A stretch of 64,000 bases of DNA from an uncultured Planctomycetales bacterium (lineage in GTDB: Bacteria; Planctomycetota; MHYJ01; JACPRB01). A program made the position numbers and the translations under genes. The notes beneath the pieces were generated by a model, which worked only from the letters and a program-made list of their open reading frames with translations, searched no databases and was not told the DNA's origin. Within the stretch, counting starts at the first letter, position 1. The number at the start of each line of letters is the position of its first letter. The stretch covers positions 8,155 through 72,154 of the forward strand of contig CAZUJF010000002.1 in the NCBI GenBank assembly GCA_964619955.1, read 5' to 3'. Shown one piece after another: positions 18,915 through 28,503 of the stretch.

Positions 18915-19481
18915 TCAGGCCTTGCGCTGCGCGTCGAGCGCGCGGATCCAGGGGCCCACGTAGTGCCCGCTGTCGTGGAAGGTGCGGCCGCTGAACATGT
19001 GGCGGTCGACGACGGAAGGGGCGTCGACGTAGATGCCGCCGCAGACTTCGAGGTCGAAGCGGCACTTCGCGACGGTGGCCATGCGGAGGCCCTTCACGAT
19101 CCCGGCCCGGGCGGGGATCTCGACGCCGTGGCAGACGCTGGCCATGGGCCTGCCCTGCTCCCAGAACCAGCGCGTGAGCCGGAGCAGGTCCTCGTTCTCG
19201 CGGAGGTACTCGGGGGCGCGGCCGCCGCTGAAGAAGATGCCGGCATAGTCCTCGGGACGGACGTCCTTGAAGGCGACTTCGGCGTCGATGCTGTACCCTT
19301 CCCACTCCTTGGTGATCGTCCAGCCGGGCTTCACCTCGTGGAGGACCATCTGGTACTTCCGCGGCTCGGGGGCGGCGACCACGGGCCGGTAGCCGGCCTC
19401 GATAAGCCGGTAGTACGGGTAGAGCGTGTCGACGGTCTCGGTGGCGTCGCCGACGACGATGAGGACCTTGGGCTCGTTCAT
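18915..19481 (-). CDS. DJ-1/PfpI-family protein (class I glutamine amidotransferase-like)
   Basis: KVLIVVGDATE...ASVCHG nucleophile-elbow motif. Confidence 0.75.
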   Translation of the reverse strand: MNEPKVLIVVGDATETVDTLYPYYRLIEAGYRPVVAAPEPRKYQMVLHEVKPGWTITKEWEGYSIDAEVAFKDVRPEDYAGIFFSGGRAPEYLRENEDLLRLTRWFWEQGRPMASVCHGVEIPARAGIVKGLRMATVAKCRFDLEVCGGIYVDAPSVVDRHMFSGRTFHDSGHYVGPWIRALDAQRKA

Positions 19482-19532
19482 GGCCCTGATGATAGGCCGC
19501 CCCCCGCTCCGGGGCAAGCCGAGGGGGGCCGC

Positions 19533-20429
19533 TCAGGCGGCGCGGGCGGAAATGAACATCGTGCAGAAGTGGCGTTCGTCCGCCTTCCAGCGGCCGAGTC
19601 CGAAGCGCAGGAAGAGCAGCGTGCGGATGAGCAGCCGTTTCACGAAGCGCTCCTTCGCGGGCGGCGCGGCGGGTCCGGCGGCGGCGGGCGACGCCTCCGC
19701 CTGGGGCTGTCCGCGAAGGCGCCCCAGCCAGGCGAGCAGGCCCCGCTGCCACTCCACGTTGCGCCGCCGGATCCGGACGTCGACGAAGCCCGCCTCCTGA
19801 AGCAGCGTCCGGAGCAGGGTCTCGTTGAAATGCCAGAGATGCTCCGGGGCCCCGAAGCCCCCCACCCGCTCCGGCGGGACTTCCGCGGCGTTGCCCGTTT
19901 CGAGGATCAGCGCCCCGCCGGGCAGGAGGCGGCCGCGGCAGTCCTTGAAGAACGCTTTGGGATCCGGCAGATGACTGAGGACGTTGAAGGACAGCAGCGC
20001 CCCGAACTTCCCCTCCGGCGGCTCCCGGCGCACGTCGAGCTTCAGCGCCTCCACCGCATAGCGGCGGTAGCCTTCGGCCAGTTCCGTGGCTTGGACGCGC
20101 CAGCCCTCGTCCCGGAGCTGCTCGAGCAGGTAGCCCGCCCCGCAGCCGATCTCGAGCGCGCTCCGCTCGGGGACGGCCTCGAGCGCGCGCCGGACCAGCG
20201 ACAGACGCGCACGCGCCTCCCGCCGCTTTTCATAGGCTCCGCGGATCTCCGCCCCGTGATGGAACGTCGCCCCATGCTCGGCCTGGTACAGGCGTTCCAG
20301 TTCTTCGGGGCCGGGCGCGGGGTGGAGGAAGACCAGTCCGCAGGCGGGACAGCGGAAATAGCGGTGCCCGGCCTCCTCGTGATGCGGTCCCGCATCGGCG
20401 GCGCCGCAGAGCGGGCAGGCCGGATTCAT
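19533..20429 (-). CDS. class I SAM-dependent methyltransferase with N-terminal zinc ribbon
   Basis: CPLCG...CPACG ribbon, and the methyltransferase motif I LEIGCGAGY. Confidence 0.7.
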   Translation of the reverse strand: MNPACPLCGAADAGPHHEEAGHRYFRCPACGLVFLHPAPGPEELERLYQAEHGATFHHGAEIRGAYEKRREARARLSLVRRALEAVPERSALEIGCGAGYLLEQLRDEGWRVQATELAEGYRRYAVEALKLDVRREPPEGKFGALLSFNVLSHLPDPKAFFKDCRGRLLPGGALILETGNAAEVPPERVGGFGAPEHLWHFNETLLRTLLQEAGFVDVRIRRRNVEWQRGLLAWLGRLRGQPQAEASPAAAGPAAPPAKERFVKRLLIRTLLFLRFGLGRWKADERHFCTMFISARAA

Positions 20430-21535
20430 CCGCGGACCGCCCGGGCGACGACGGTGATCTCGGCCGGCGTGAGCTCCGGGAAGATCGGCAGCGCAAGGAT
20501 CCGCTTCGCGAGGGACTCCGACACGGGGAACTCCCCGGGACGGTGCCCGAAGCCCTTGTAGCAGGGCTGGTACGGCAGCGGCGTGGCGTAATAGACCCCG
20601 AAGCCGATCTTCGCCGCCTTCAGGCGCTCGATCACGGCGTCGCGCTGTTCGTGCAGGATCGAGTAGGCGTGGAAGACGGAACGGCAGCCCTTCCGGACGA
20701 CGGGCGTCACCGCGCCGCTGCCCGCGAGGGCCTTGTCGTAGAGGGCGGCCGCCTTGATGCGGCGCGTGTTGCCCGAATCGAGCCGCGGCAGCTTCAGCCG
20801 CAGGAACGCCGCCTGCAGGTTGTCGAGGCGGTTGTTGTGGCCGATGATTTCATGGACGTAGCGCTGCCGCTGGCCCAGGTTGCGCAGCACGCGCAGGCGG
20901 TCCGCCAGCGCGTCGTCGTTCGTCGTGATCGCGCCGCCGTCGCCGAGCGCGCTGAGATTCTTGGTGGGATAGAAGCTGAAACAAGCGAGGTCGCCCAGCG
21001 ATCCGGCGCGGCGGCCCTGCCACTCCGCCCCGTGCGCCTGCGCGGCATCCTCGATCACCTTCAGATTGCGGCGCTTCGCGATCTCGAGGATCGGCCCCAT
21101 GTCCGCGGGATGCCCGAAGAGGTGCACGGGGAGGATCGCCTTCGTGCGCGGCGTGATCGCCGCCTCGATCTTCTCCGGGTCCAGGTTGAACGTGTCGGGG
21201 GAGACGTCGACGAATTTCGGAGTGCCGCCCGCGACGGTGACGCCGAACGCGGTCGCGATGAACGTGAAGGCGGGGACGATGACCTCGTCCCCCGGCCGGA
21301 GGCCGATCGCCTCGCACGCCAGCCGCAGGGCGTCCGTGCCGTTGGACACGGACACGCAGTGCTTGGCGCCGCAGTGCCGGGCGAATTCCTTCTCGAAGAA
21401 ATCCACCTCCGCGCCCAGCACGAACTGGGAGCTCGCGACCAGAGCGTCGAGCTTCTTGCGGAAGGCCCCGGCGAGGGACTGGTGCTGCCGTCCCAGGTCG
21501 AGGAACGGGACTCCGTCGGTCTTCTTATTCCCCAA
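20426..21535 (-). CDS. DegT/DnrJ/EryC1/StrS-family PLP-dependent sugar aminotransferase
   Basis: FEKEFA...VSNGTDAL...FSFYPTKNL (PLP lysine) motifs. Confidence 0.85.
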   Translation of the reverse strand: MGNKKTDGVPFLDLGRQHQSLAGAFRKKLDALVASSQFVLGAEVDFFEKEFARHCGAKHCVSVSNGTDALRLACEAIGLRPGDEVIVPAFTFIATAFGVTVAGGTPKFVDVSPDTFNLDPEKIEAAITPRTKAILPVHLFGHPADMGPILEIAKRRNLKVIEDAAQAHGAEWQGRRAGSLGDLACFSFYPTKNLSALGDGGAITTNDDALADRLRVLRNLGQRQRYVHEIIGHNNRLDNLQAAFLRLKLPRLDSGNTRRIKAAALYDKALAGSGAVTPVVRKGCRSVFHAYSILHEQRDAVIERLKAAKIGFGVYYATPLPYQPCYKGFGHRPGEFPVSESLAKRILALPIFPELTPAEITVVARAVRG

Positions 21536-22238
21536 GGTAGGCGTCCTTGATGCGCTGGTCGTTGAGCAGGGTCTCGGCGCGGTCCGACATCACGACCGAG
21601 CCGGTTTCGAGCACGTACCCGCGGTGGGCGAGCTTGAGGGCCATGCGGGCGTTCTGCTCCACGAGGAGCACCGTGGTTCCCTGCTTGTTGAGGTCGCGGA
21701 CGACGTCGAAGATCTTGATGCAGATGAGCGGCGCCAGCCCCAGGGAGGGCTCGTCGAGCAGCAGCAGCTTCGGCCGGCACATGAGCGCGCGGGCCACCGC
21801 CAGCATCTGCTGCTCCCCGCCCGAGAGCGTGCCCGCGGCCTGGGCCTGCCGCTCCCGGAGGATGGGGAACATCGCGAAGGACTTCTCGAGGTCGTCCCGG
21901 ATCCCCGCGGGGTCGCTCCGCGTGAATGCGCCCATCTCGAGGTTTTCGAGCACGCTCAGGCGCGGGAAGACCTTGCGGCCTTCGGGCGAATGGCTGAGGC
22001 CGCGGCGGACGACGAGGTCGGGGCGCAATCCCTGGATCTCCTGTCCGTTGAAGAGGATGCGGCCCGAGCGGATCTTGTTGACGCCGGAGATGCACATGAG
22101 CGTCGTCGTCTTGCCGGCGCCGTTCGCGCCGATCATGGTGACGATCTCGCCTTCGTTGACTTCGAGCGAGACGCCCTTGAGGACCTCGATGGGCCCGTAG
22201 CCGGCGCGGAGGGTGTCGAGCTGGAGGAGCGGCGCCAT
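21525..22238 (-). CDS. livF: branched-chain amino acid ABC transporter ATP-binding protein LivF
   Basis: Walker A GANGAGKTT, signature LSGGEQQML and Walker B LLLLDEPS. 237 aa from the internal Met of the 537-aa track ORF. Confidence 0.85.
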   Translation of the reverse strand: MAPLLQLDTLRAGYGPIEVLKGVSLEVNEGEIVTMIGANGAGKTTTLMCISGVNKIRSGRILFNGQEIQGLRPDLVVRRGLSHSPEGRKVFPRLSVLENLEMGAFTRSDPAGIRDDLEKSFAMFPILRERQAQAAGTLSGGEQQMLAVARALMCRPKLLLLDEPSLGLAPLICIKIFDVVRDLNKQGTTVLLVEQNARMALKLAHRGYVLETGSVVMSDRAETLLNDQRIKDAYLGE

Positions 22239-23980
22239 CAGGAGACCTCCTCCTTGCCGAGGTAGGCCTCGATGACCTTCGGGTCGCGGCGGATCTCCTC
22301 GGGTGTGCCCTCCGCGATCTTGGTGCCGTACTGCAGCACCGCGATGCGGTCGCTGATGCCCATGACGACCTTCATGTGGTGCTCGATGAGCAGCACCGTG
22401 ATGCCGCGGTCGCGGATGCGCCGGATCAGGTGCATGAGGTCGTGGCTCTCCGCGGGGTTCATCCCGGCGGCGGGCTCGTCGAGCAGCAGCAGCCTGGGCT
22501 CCGTGGCGAGCGCGCGGGCGATCTCCAGGCGGCGCTGGTCGCCGTAGGGGAGGTTGCGGGCAAGTGTGCCGGCCCTGTCGCGGATGCCGACGAAGTCGAG
22601 CAGCTCCAGCGCCTTCGTCCGCGCGGCCTCCTCGTCGGCTTTCGCGCGCGGGGTGTTCAGCGCGACGGCCCAGACGGGCGTGGTCCGGCGGGCGTCCATG
22701 CCCATGATCACGTTCTCGACGACGAGCATGTCCGGGAAGAGGCGGATGTTCTGGAACGTGCGGGCGACGCCGTTGCGGGTGATGTAATCCGTGGTGCGGC
22801 GCGCGCGGCTCCAGACGACGGTGCTGCCGCCCGCGCCGAGCGCGAGGCCGGCGAAGAGCGAGAGCCAGACGAGGAAGCGTTCGCGGGCCTGGGCGCCGCG
22901 CACGGCGGCCAGTTCCGGAGTTTCGCCTGCGTGGATGCGCTTCTGAAGCGTGCGGATCTCCTCGGCGGCGAGCTGGGGGGACGCCGCAAAGCCCAGGCTC
23001 TGGGCCGAGGCGCGGGTGACCAGGCGCCAGCGGAGTTTGCCCGAGGCGACGGCGAGGTCGAGGATGCGCTTGCGGGCAGCGTCGGCGCTGTCCTGCACGT
23101 CGAGCACCTGCCGGCGGCCGTCGTCCAGGATGAGCCACTTCCCCGCGGCGCTCTGCACCTCCGCCTGCGCGGCCCAGGCCAGGGCGCTCTTGTGATCCTC
23201 GGCCTCAAAGCGCTGGGCGAATTTCCCCAGGATGCGTTCGCCCTTCATGAGCAGAAAGGCCCCCGCCTTTTCCACAAGCGCGGCTTCCGGGAGCTCGCGC
23301 AGGTCCTGGGCCGCCTGCCGCGCCGCGGCTTCGCCGTCGTGGCTGGAGATCAGGGTCCCGGCCGGGAGCCGGACCAGCCAGCGGCCATCGCCGCTCGCCA
23401 CGGTGCGGGGGCTGCCCGCGAGATTCACCAGGTTCTGGAGGACTTCAAGCCGGCGCGTGGCGGCCTCCTCGTCGTCGAGGGTTTCGAGGACCGCCTTGTT
23501 GCCGCGGCTGCGGATCTCGAATTTGCCGGCGCGGGGTTTCACCTCGAGCTCCGTGAGGCGGTTGCGTTCCTTCTCCGAGAGGATGCCCGCGTTCAGGTAG
23601 GTCCAGAAATCCCCCGCCGCCTTGGCGGTCGGAAAGGGTTCGGAAGGGTCGCTGAAGTTGAGCAGGACGACGGCGCGCCAGAGGCCGTCGAGGTTGCTGC
23701 TCGCGAGCGCCAGCAGGAGGCCGGTCAGCAACCCGATGAGTCCGAACGTGAATCCGACGACGGGGCGGAAGGGACGGCGCAGGCTTTGGCCGTCGAAAAG
23801 CACCTCGCCCTCGGTGGGTTCGTAAACGCCGGTGATGGCGTTGAACACGGTGGTCTTTCCCGCGCCGTTGGGGCCGATCACGGAATAGACCTGGCCCTTC
23901 TCGACCGAGAAGCCCACCTGGTTCACGGCGGTGAGGCCGCCGAAGCGCATCGTGACGTTCTTCAGCTCGAGCATCGCCAT
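22238..23980 (-). CDS. livG: LivG-like ABC ATP-binding protein with a ~330-aa insertion inside the nucleotide-binding domain
   Basis: The N-terminus MLELKNVTMRFGGLTAVNQV...GPNGAGKTTVFN and the C-terminal ~180 aa (RTFQNIRLF...YGDQRRLEIARAL...LLLLDEPAAGMN...IEHHMKVV) are canonical LivG. They are separated by an insert flanked by two predicted TM helices. Confidence 0.8.
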   Translation of the reverse strand: MAMLELKNVTMRFGGLTAVNQVGFSVEKGQVYSVIGPNGAGKTTVFNAITGVYEPTEGEVLFDGQSLRRPFRPVVGFTFGLIGLLTGLLLALASSNLDGLWRAVVLLNFSDPSEPFPTAKAAGDFWTYLNAGILSEKERNRLTELEVKPRAGKFEIRSRGNKAVLETLDDEEAATRRLEVLQNLVNLAGSPRTVASGDGRWLVRLPAGTLISSHDGEAAARQAAQDLRELPEAALVEKAGAFLLMKGERILGKFAQRFEAEDHKSALAWAAQAEVQSAAGKWLILDDGRRQVLDVQDSADAARKRILDLAVASGKLRWRLVTRASAQSLGFAASPQLAAEEIRTLQKRIHAGETPELAAVRGAQARERFLVWLSLFAGLALGAGGSTVVWSRARRTTDYITRNGVARTFQNIRLFPDMLVVENVIMGMDARRTTPVWAVALNTPRAKADEEAARTKALELLDFVGIRDRAGTLARNLPYGDQRRLEIARALATEPRLLLLDEPAAGMNPAESHDLMHLIRRIRDRGITVLLIEHHMKVVMGISDRIAVLQYGTKIAEGTPEEIRRDPKVIEAYLGKEEVS

Positions 23981-23982
23981 GG

Positions 23983-25008
23983 TTAAGGGGTTCCTCCCCC
24001 GCCCGCCGGCGCCGGGTCTTCGCGATGCGCGCGTCGCGACGGCAGGATGCCGGAGGGACGGAAGCGCATCATGAGGATCAGGGCCAGCCCGAAGACGATG
24101 AGCTTGAAGTTGCTGAAGCGGAGGGTCGAGCCGCTCTTCTGCACGGCCTCGTCGAGCAGCGGGGTGAGGACGTTGTCGTAGCCCATCAGGACAAAGGTCC
24201 CGATCAGCGCGCCGGGGATGTTTCCCATGCCGCCGATGATGAGGAAGCAGAGCACGGTGATCGAGCGGCCGAAGTCGTAGGCGTCGGGCGCCGTCTGGTC
24301 GAGCGATGCGGCGTAGATCGAGCCCGCCAGCCCGGCGAGGGCGGCGCCGAGCGCGAACGCCGAGAGCTTCACGTTCGCCGCGTTCAGGCCCATGCAGCTG
24401 GCGGCGAGTTCGTCCTCCCGGATGGCCATCCAGCTGCGGCCGAGGCGGGAGTTCTCGAGGTTTCTCAGGAGCCAGACCACGAGTCCGAGCACGACGAGGG
24501 CCAGATAGTAGTAGCCGCGGTAGCTGCCCGACCAGTCCGGCGTGAATCCCGGCAGCTGCGGATCCGGGATGGGGTTGAGCGCCTTGGAGCCGTTGGTGAT
24601 GGATTCGAGATTCTTGATGGCGAATTTGATCACCTCGCCGAAGCCGAGCGTGACGATCGCCAGATAGTCCCCGCGCAGGCGAAGGGTCGGTGCGGCGAGC
24701 AGCATGCCCGCCAGGCCGGCGCCGAGGAGGGATGCCAGCATCGCGGGCCAGAAGCCCCAGCGGAACGGGAACTGGTCGACGGTCAGGATGCCCGTGATGT
24801 ACGCGCCGATTCCGAAGAACGCGGCGATGCCGAGCTGGAGCAGGCCCGTGTAGCCGACGACGACGTTCAGCCCGAGCGCGAGGATGCAGAAGATCAGGAT
24901 GTCCTTCACCTGGGCGCCCAGCCAGGGCGTGATGAAGGGCAGGAAGGGCAGCAGCGCGAGCAGAACGAACGTCCCGGGCAGGGCGTAGCGCTTCAGAGCG
25001 GGGTTCAT
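23983..25008 (-). CDS. livM: branched-chain amino acid ABC transporter permease LivM
   Basis: 341-aa multi-TM permease. The 684-aa track ORF is over-extended upstream. Confidence 0.8.
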   Translation of the reverse strand: MNPALKRYALPGTFVLLALLPFLPFITPWLGAQVKDILIFCILALGLNVVVGYTGLLQLGIAAFFGIGAYITGILTVDQFPFRWGFWPAMLASLLGAGLAGMLLAAPTLRLRGDYLAIVTLGFGEVIKFAIKNLESITNGSKALNPIPDPQLPGFTPDWSGSYRGYYYLALVVLGLVVWLLRNLENSRLGRSWMAIREDELAASCMGLNAANVKLSAFALGAALAGLAGSIYAASLDQTAPDAYDFGRSITVLCFLIIGGMGNIPGALIGTFVLMGYDNVLTPLLDEAVQKSGSTLRFSNFKLIVFGLALILMMRFRPSGILPSRRAHREDPAPAGGGGTP

Positions 25009-25916
25009 ACCTTCTCCCTCGTGCGCGCGCCGAGCAGGCCGGAGGGGCGGAACACGAGCAGCACGATGAGGATGCCGAAGACGAGGGCGCTGGTCCACTG
25101 CTCGCCCACGTACTGGCTGCCGAGGGAGCGGACGAGGCCGATGATGATGCCGCCGAGCATCGCGCCGGGGAGATTGCCGATGCCGCCGAGCACCGCGGCG
25201 GTGAACGCGTACAGGCCGTTCTGGTAGCCCATCTGGAAGGAGACCGTGTTGATCGTCAGGCCGTAGATGACGCTCGCGGCGCCCGCGAGCAGGCCGCCGA
25301 TCACGAACGTCGCCGAGATGACGAAGTCCACGTCGATGCCCATGAGCCGCGCGGCGACCGGATTCTGCGCCGTGGCCCGCATCGCCTTGCCGAGCTTGGT
25401 CTTCCGGACGAAGAGTGTCAGCCCGGCCATGAGCGGGACGGTGACGAGCAGCACGGCGAGGTCCTTGGCGGTGAAGCGGAGCGAGTCCCCGGGGAGCAGG
25501 TTGCGGTTGGGGATGATGTCGGGGAAATTCCTGTCGGCCACGCCCATCCAGACCTGGCCGATGCCCATGAACACGAACGAGACGCCGATCGCGCTGACGA
25601 GCGGCGTAAGCTTCGGGGCGCTGCGGATGGGCTTGTAGACGACGCGGTCCTGCAGCAGGTTGATCCCGGCGCAGAAGATCATGGTGCAGATGAAGACCAG
25701 CAAAACACCGAAGGTCGCGCCGACGGGGCCCGCCTTCTCGAGCTGGAGGAAGCTTACGAGCATGAGGGCGAGGAAGGAGCCGAGCATGAAGAGGTCGCCG
25801 TGGGCGAAGTTGATGAGCTCGATGATCCCGTAGACCATCGTGTAGCCGAGGGCGATGAGGGCGAAGAGGGTCCCGGTCGTGAGCCCGTTGAGGAGCTGCT
25901 GAAGGAAGATCAGCAT
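25005..25916 (-). CDS. livH: branched-chain amino acid ABC transporter permease LivH
   Basis: 303-aa permease with the LivH-type N-terminus LNGLTTGTLFALIALGYTMVYG. Confidence 0.85.
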   Translation of the reverse strand: MLIFLQQLLNGLTTGTLFALIALGYTMVYGIIELINFAHGDLFMLGSFLALMLVSFLQLEKAGPVGATFGVLLVFICTMIFCAGINLLQDRVVYKPIRSAPKLTPLVSAIGVSFVFMGIGQVWMGVADRNFPDIIPNRNLLPGDSLRFTAKDLAVLLVTVPLMAGLTLFVRKTKLGKAMRATAQNPVAARLMGIDVDFVISATFVIGGLLAGAASVIYGLTINTVSFQMGYQNGLYAFTAAVLGGIGNLPGAMLGGIIIGLVRSLGSQYVGEQWTSALVFGILIVLLVFRPSGLLGARTREKV

Positions 25917-25934
25917 GAGGCTGAGGGGCGGATG

Positions 25935-27149
25935 CTAATCCTCTCCCAGGACCGTCAGGAACTCGAATTTCCCGCCGCGCACGGTGTTCCCGCTCATCGA
26001 GCGCAGCGTGGTGTCGCCGTTCTTGTCGAAGGACCACTTCCCCAGCGCGCTGTCGAAGTTCTTGATCGAGATCCCGGCGGCGCGGACGGCGTCGCGGTCC
26101 TTCTTGCCCGCGCGGCGGACGGCCTCGACGGCAACTTTACCGCACTCGTAGCCGTAGACCGCGTAGCCTTCGGGGTTCTTCCCGTACTTGGCCTTGTAGG
26201 CCTCGACGAACTTCGCGCCCTTGCCCGTGAGTTTGTCCGGGGGCAGGCCGCCGAACGTGATGAGCGCGCGGTCCTGGAGGTTTTCCGCGCCGGCCGATTC
26301 GATGAAGGCCTCCTCGTAGCAGCCGTCCGGGCACATGAACTTGGCGTTGAGCCCGACGGCGAGCATGTCCTTCACGAGCTGGCCCGCCTTGGACTGCGTC
26401 GTGCCGCCGAAGTAGATGAGGTCGGGCGCGGAGGCTTTGATCTTCGTCATGAGCGGCTTGAATTCCTGCGCCCGGGCGTCGATGCCCTCGTGGCCGAGGA
26501 CTTTGAGGCCGATCTCCTCGGCGCGCGCCTTGAAGAGGTCGGCGATGCCCTTCCCGTAGACTTCGCGGTCGTCGAGGATGAAGACCTTGTTCAGGTTGAG
26601 TTTCTTCGCCCAGTCGGCGGAGACGACGCCCTGGATGTCGTCCGCGGGCACGACGCGGACGTAGTTGATCTTGCCGCTCGGGCGGTATTTCTCGGGCTCG
26701 CCGGCGTCCCCCTTGCCGGGTTTCGTGAGGCCGGGCCAGGTGTTCGCGGGGCTGACCATGAGGATGCCCGCCTGGTTGAGCTTGGGCATGGAGATCTTGG
26801 CGGCGCCGGAGTTGTAGGTTCCGATGTAGACCATGACGTCGGGATCCTTCACCGCCTGGTCGGCGTTCGCCGCTTCCTTCTCGGCGGTCCACTGTCCCGC
26901 CGCGGCGGTGGCGTCGTCGAGGTCCTCGTACTTGATCGTGAAGGCCCCGACCTTGTACGAAACCTCCTCGAAGGCCATGAGCATGCCGTTGACGATGGTG
27001 TCGGTCTGGCCGCGGGCGCTGCCGGTGCGCGGGAAGCTGGAGACGATCTTGATGACGCTCGGATCCCCTTGCGCGGGAGCGGGATGCGCTTTCGCAGGTG
27101 CCGCGAGGAGGGTGATGCCCAGGAGCGCGGCGGCGAGTCGGTTCATCAT
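25935..27149 (-). CDS. ABC transporter substrate-binding protein (LivK/Leu-Ile-Val-binding family)
   Basis: Signal peptide, then a type-I periplasmic binding fold (IKIVSSFPRTGS..., YIGTYNSGAA). Confidence 0.8.
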   Translation of the reverse strand: MMNRLAAALLGITLLAAPAKAHPAPAQGDPSVIKIVSSFPRTGSARGQTDTIVNGMLMAFEEVSYKVGAFTIKYEDLDDATAAAGQWTAEKEAANADQAVKDPDVMVYIGTYNSGAAKISMPKLNQAGILMVSPANTWPGLTKPGKGDAGEPEKYRPSGKINYVRVVPADDIQGVVSADWAKKLNLNKVFILDDREVYGKGIADLFKARAEEIGLKVLGHEGIDARAQEFKPLMTKIKASAPDLIYFGGTTQSKAGQLVKDMLAVGLNAKFMCPDGCYEEAFIESAGAENLQDRALITFGGLPPDKLTGKGAKFVEAYKAKYGKNPEGYAVYGYECGKVAVEAVRRAGKKDRDAVRAAGISIKNFDSALGKWSFDKNGDTTLRSMSGNTVRGGKFEFLTVLGED

Positions 27150-27278
27150 TTCTGCGTCCTCTGCAACAGCGGTCCCTAGGGGGGGAAGTCTAGGGCCAGT
27201 CCCCTCGGAGAGTCAATCAAAACCTCCGGACGTGATACGCCGGAGCGGCCTGTATGGGACACCGGCCGGAAGGCGAAT

Positions 27279-28178
27279 CTAACGGGCGGGAAATGAAAGA
27301 AGTTCCACGAAATGAAAGCGGCCGCCGCGGGCGACGTAAAGGGCGGGTGGGTGGGGGCGGATCTTGCTCGCTGCTGCGAGCAGGTCTTCGGGGGACGTGG
27401 AGCGCGCGCGGGCGATGAGGTCCAGCGCGGCCTTTCCCGTCAGATAGCCCCCGTACACATGCGGGCCGGGGTCCTTGCCGGCGTAGGCGCGATAGCGGGG
27501 GATGAAGTCGGCGGGGGGCGGGAAGATGGGCGTGACAAGCAGCATGCCGTCCTCGGGCTGGCCCGGCGCATCCACGCAGGAAACCTCCGGGTGGGCGTCG
27601 AAGACGAGGAAGCGGCCCTTGTAGCCCGAGGCCTTGAGGAATTTGAAGGTTTTCGCGGCGGAGCTGAACGGGGCGCTTTCGCCGGCGTGGAGGATCAGGG
27701 GCTCTCCGGAGCCTTGCACTTTCCAAACGGTGTGGATGGCGCTTTTCAGGAGCAGGGAGCGCGTGTCGTCGGGCTCCGTCAGCAGCTCGGTGACTTTCAA
27801 GCCCTCCCGTTTCGCCCAGGCGAAAACAGCTTCCGCCATCTGTTCCCGACCTGCCAGGAGATGGATGCAGGCTCTTGGGTATTCGGTTTGAAACGGGGTG
27901 ATTCCCTTTGCGTGAGTGAAGTAGAATTCGGAGGCGTCGTCCGGAGCAACCACCATCAGGGAACTTCGCACGCGGACTTTACCCGCCCTGCTGCCGGATT
28001 CTTCAAGGGCAAGTTGGAAACCGCTGCACACGGCATCCGCAAAGGGGGCATTCGGAGGACGATATATCCGTATCTCGATCTCAGGCCGGTTCCGCAGGTA
28101 GTTCCACAGCAGCGCCCCCGCGGCGCCGAAGCCGAGCAGGACGGCCAGCGCGAGCAGCGTCTTCACCGGAGGCATCAT
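27279..28178 (-). CDS. membrane-anchored hypothetical protein, possibly a degenerate periplasmic-binding-protein-like domain
   Basis: N-terminal TM helix, 299 aa, directly upstream of the liv operon on the same strand. Confidence 0.5.
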   Translation of the reverse strand: MMPPVKTLLALAVLLGFGAAGALLWNYLRNRPEIEIRIYRPPNAPFADAVCSGFQLALEESGSRAGKVRVRSSLMVVAPDDASEFYFTHAKGITPFQTEYPRACIHLLAGREQMAEAVFAWAKREGLKVTELLTEPDDTRSLLLKSAIHTVWKVQGSGEPLILHAGESAPFSSAAKTFKFLKASGYKGRFLVFDAHPEVSCVDAPGQPEDGMLLVTPIFPPPADFIPRYRAYAGKDPGPHVYGGYLTGKAALDLIARARSTSPEDLLAAASKIRPHPPALYVARGGRFHFVELLSFPAR

Positions 28179-28215
28179 AGACAGGCTCCGGGACCTCTGC
28201 TAGATTAGCCCCCTC

Positions 28216-28503
28216 ATGGCCATCGAACGGAAGACCGTCGAGCACGTCGCGAAGCTCGCGCGCCTCCAGCTCTCGCCGGAGGAGCTCGACCGCTACCAGA
28301 AGCAGCTCGGCGCCATCCTGGACTACGTGGCCCAGCTGCAGAAGGTCGATGTGACGGGGCTCGAGCCCCTGGCGCAGGCGGTCGACACGTTCAACGTCAT
28401 GCGCGAGGACGTGCCGAAGCCCTCCCTGCCCCCTGCGGCCGCGCTGCAGAACGCCCCGGAGAAAGCGGGCGACTTCTTCGTCGTCCCGAAGGTCGTGGAA
28501 TGA
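28216..28503 (+). CDS. gatC: Asp-tRNA(Asn)/Glu-tRNA(Gln) amidotransferase subunit C
   Basis: 95-aa GatC (VEHVAKLARLQLSPEE...VDVTGLEPL) overlapping the gatA start. Confidence 0.9.
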   Translation: MAIERKTVEHVAKLARLQLSPEELDRYQKQLGAILDYVAQLQKVDVTGLEPLAQAVDTFNVMREDVPKPSLPPAAALQNAPEKAGDFFVVPKVVE

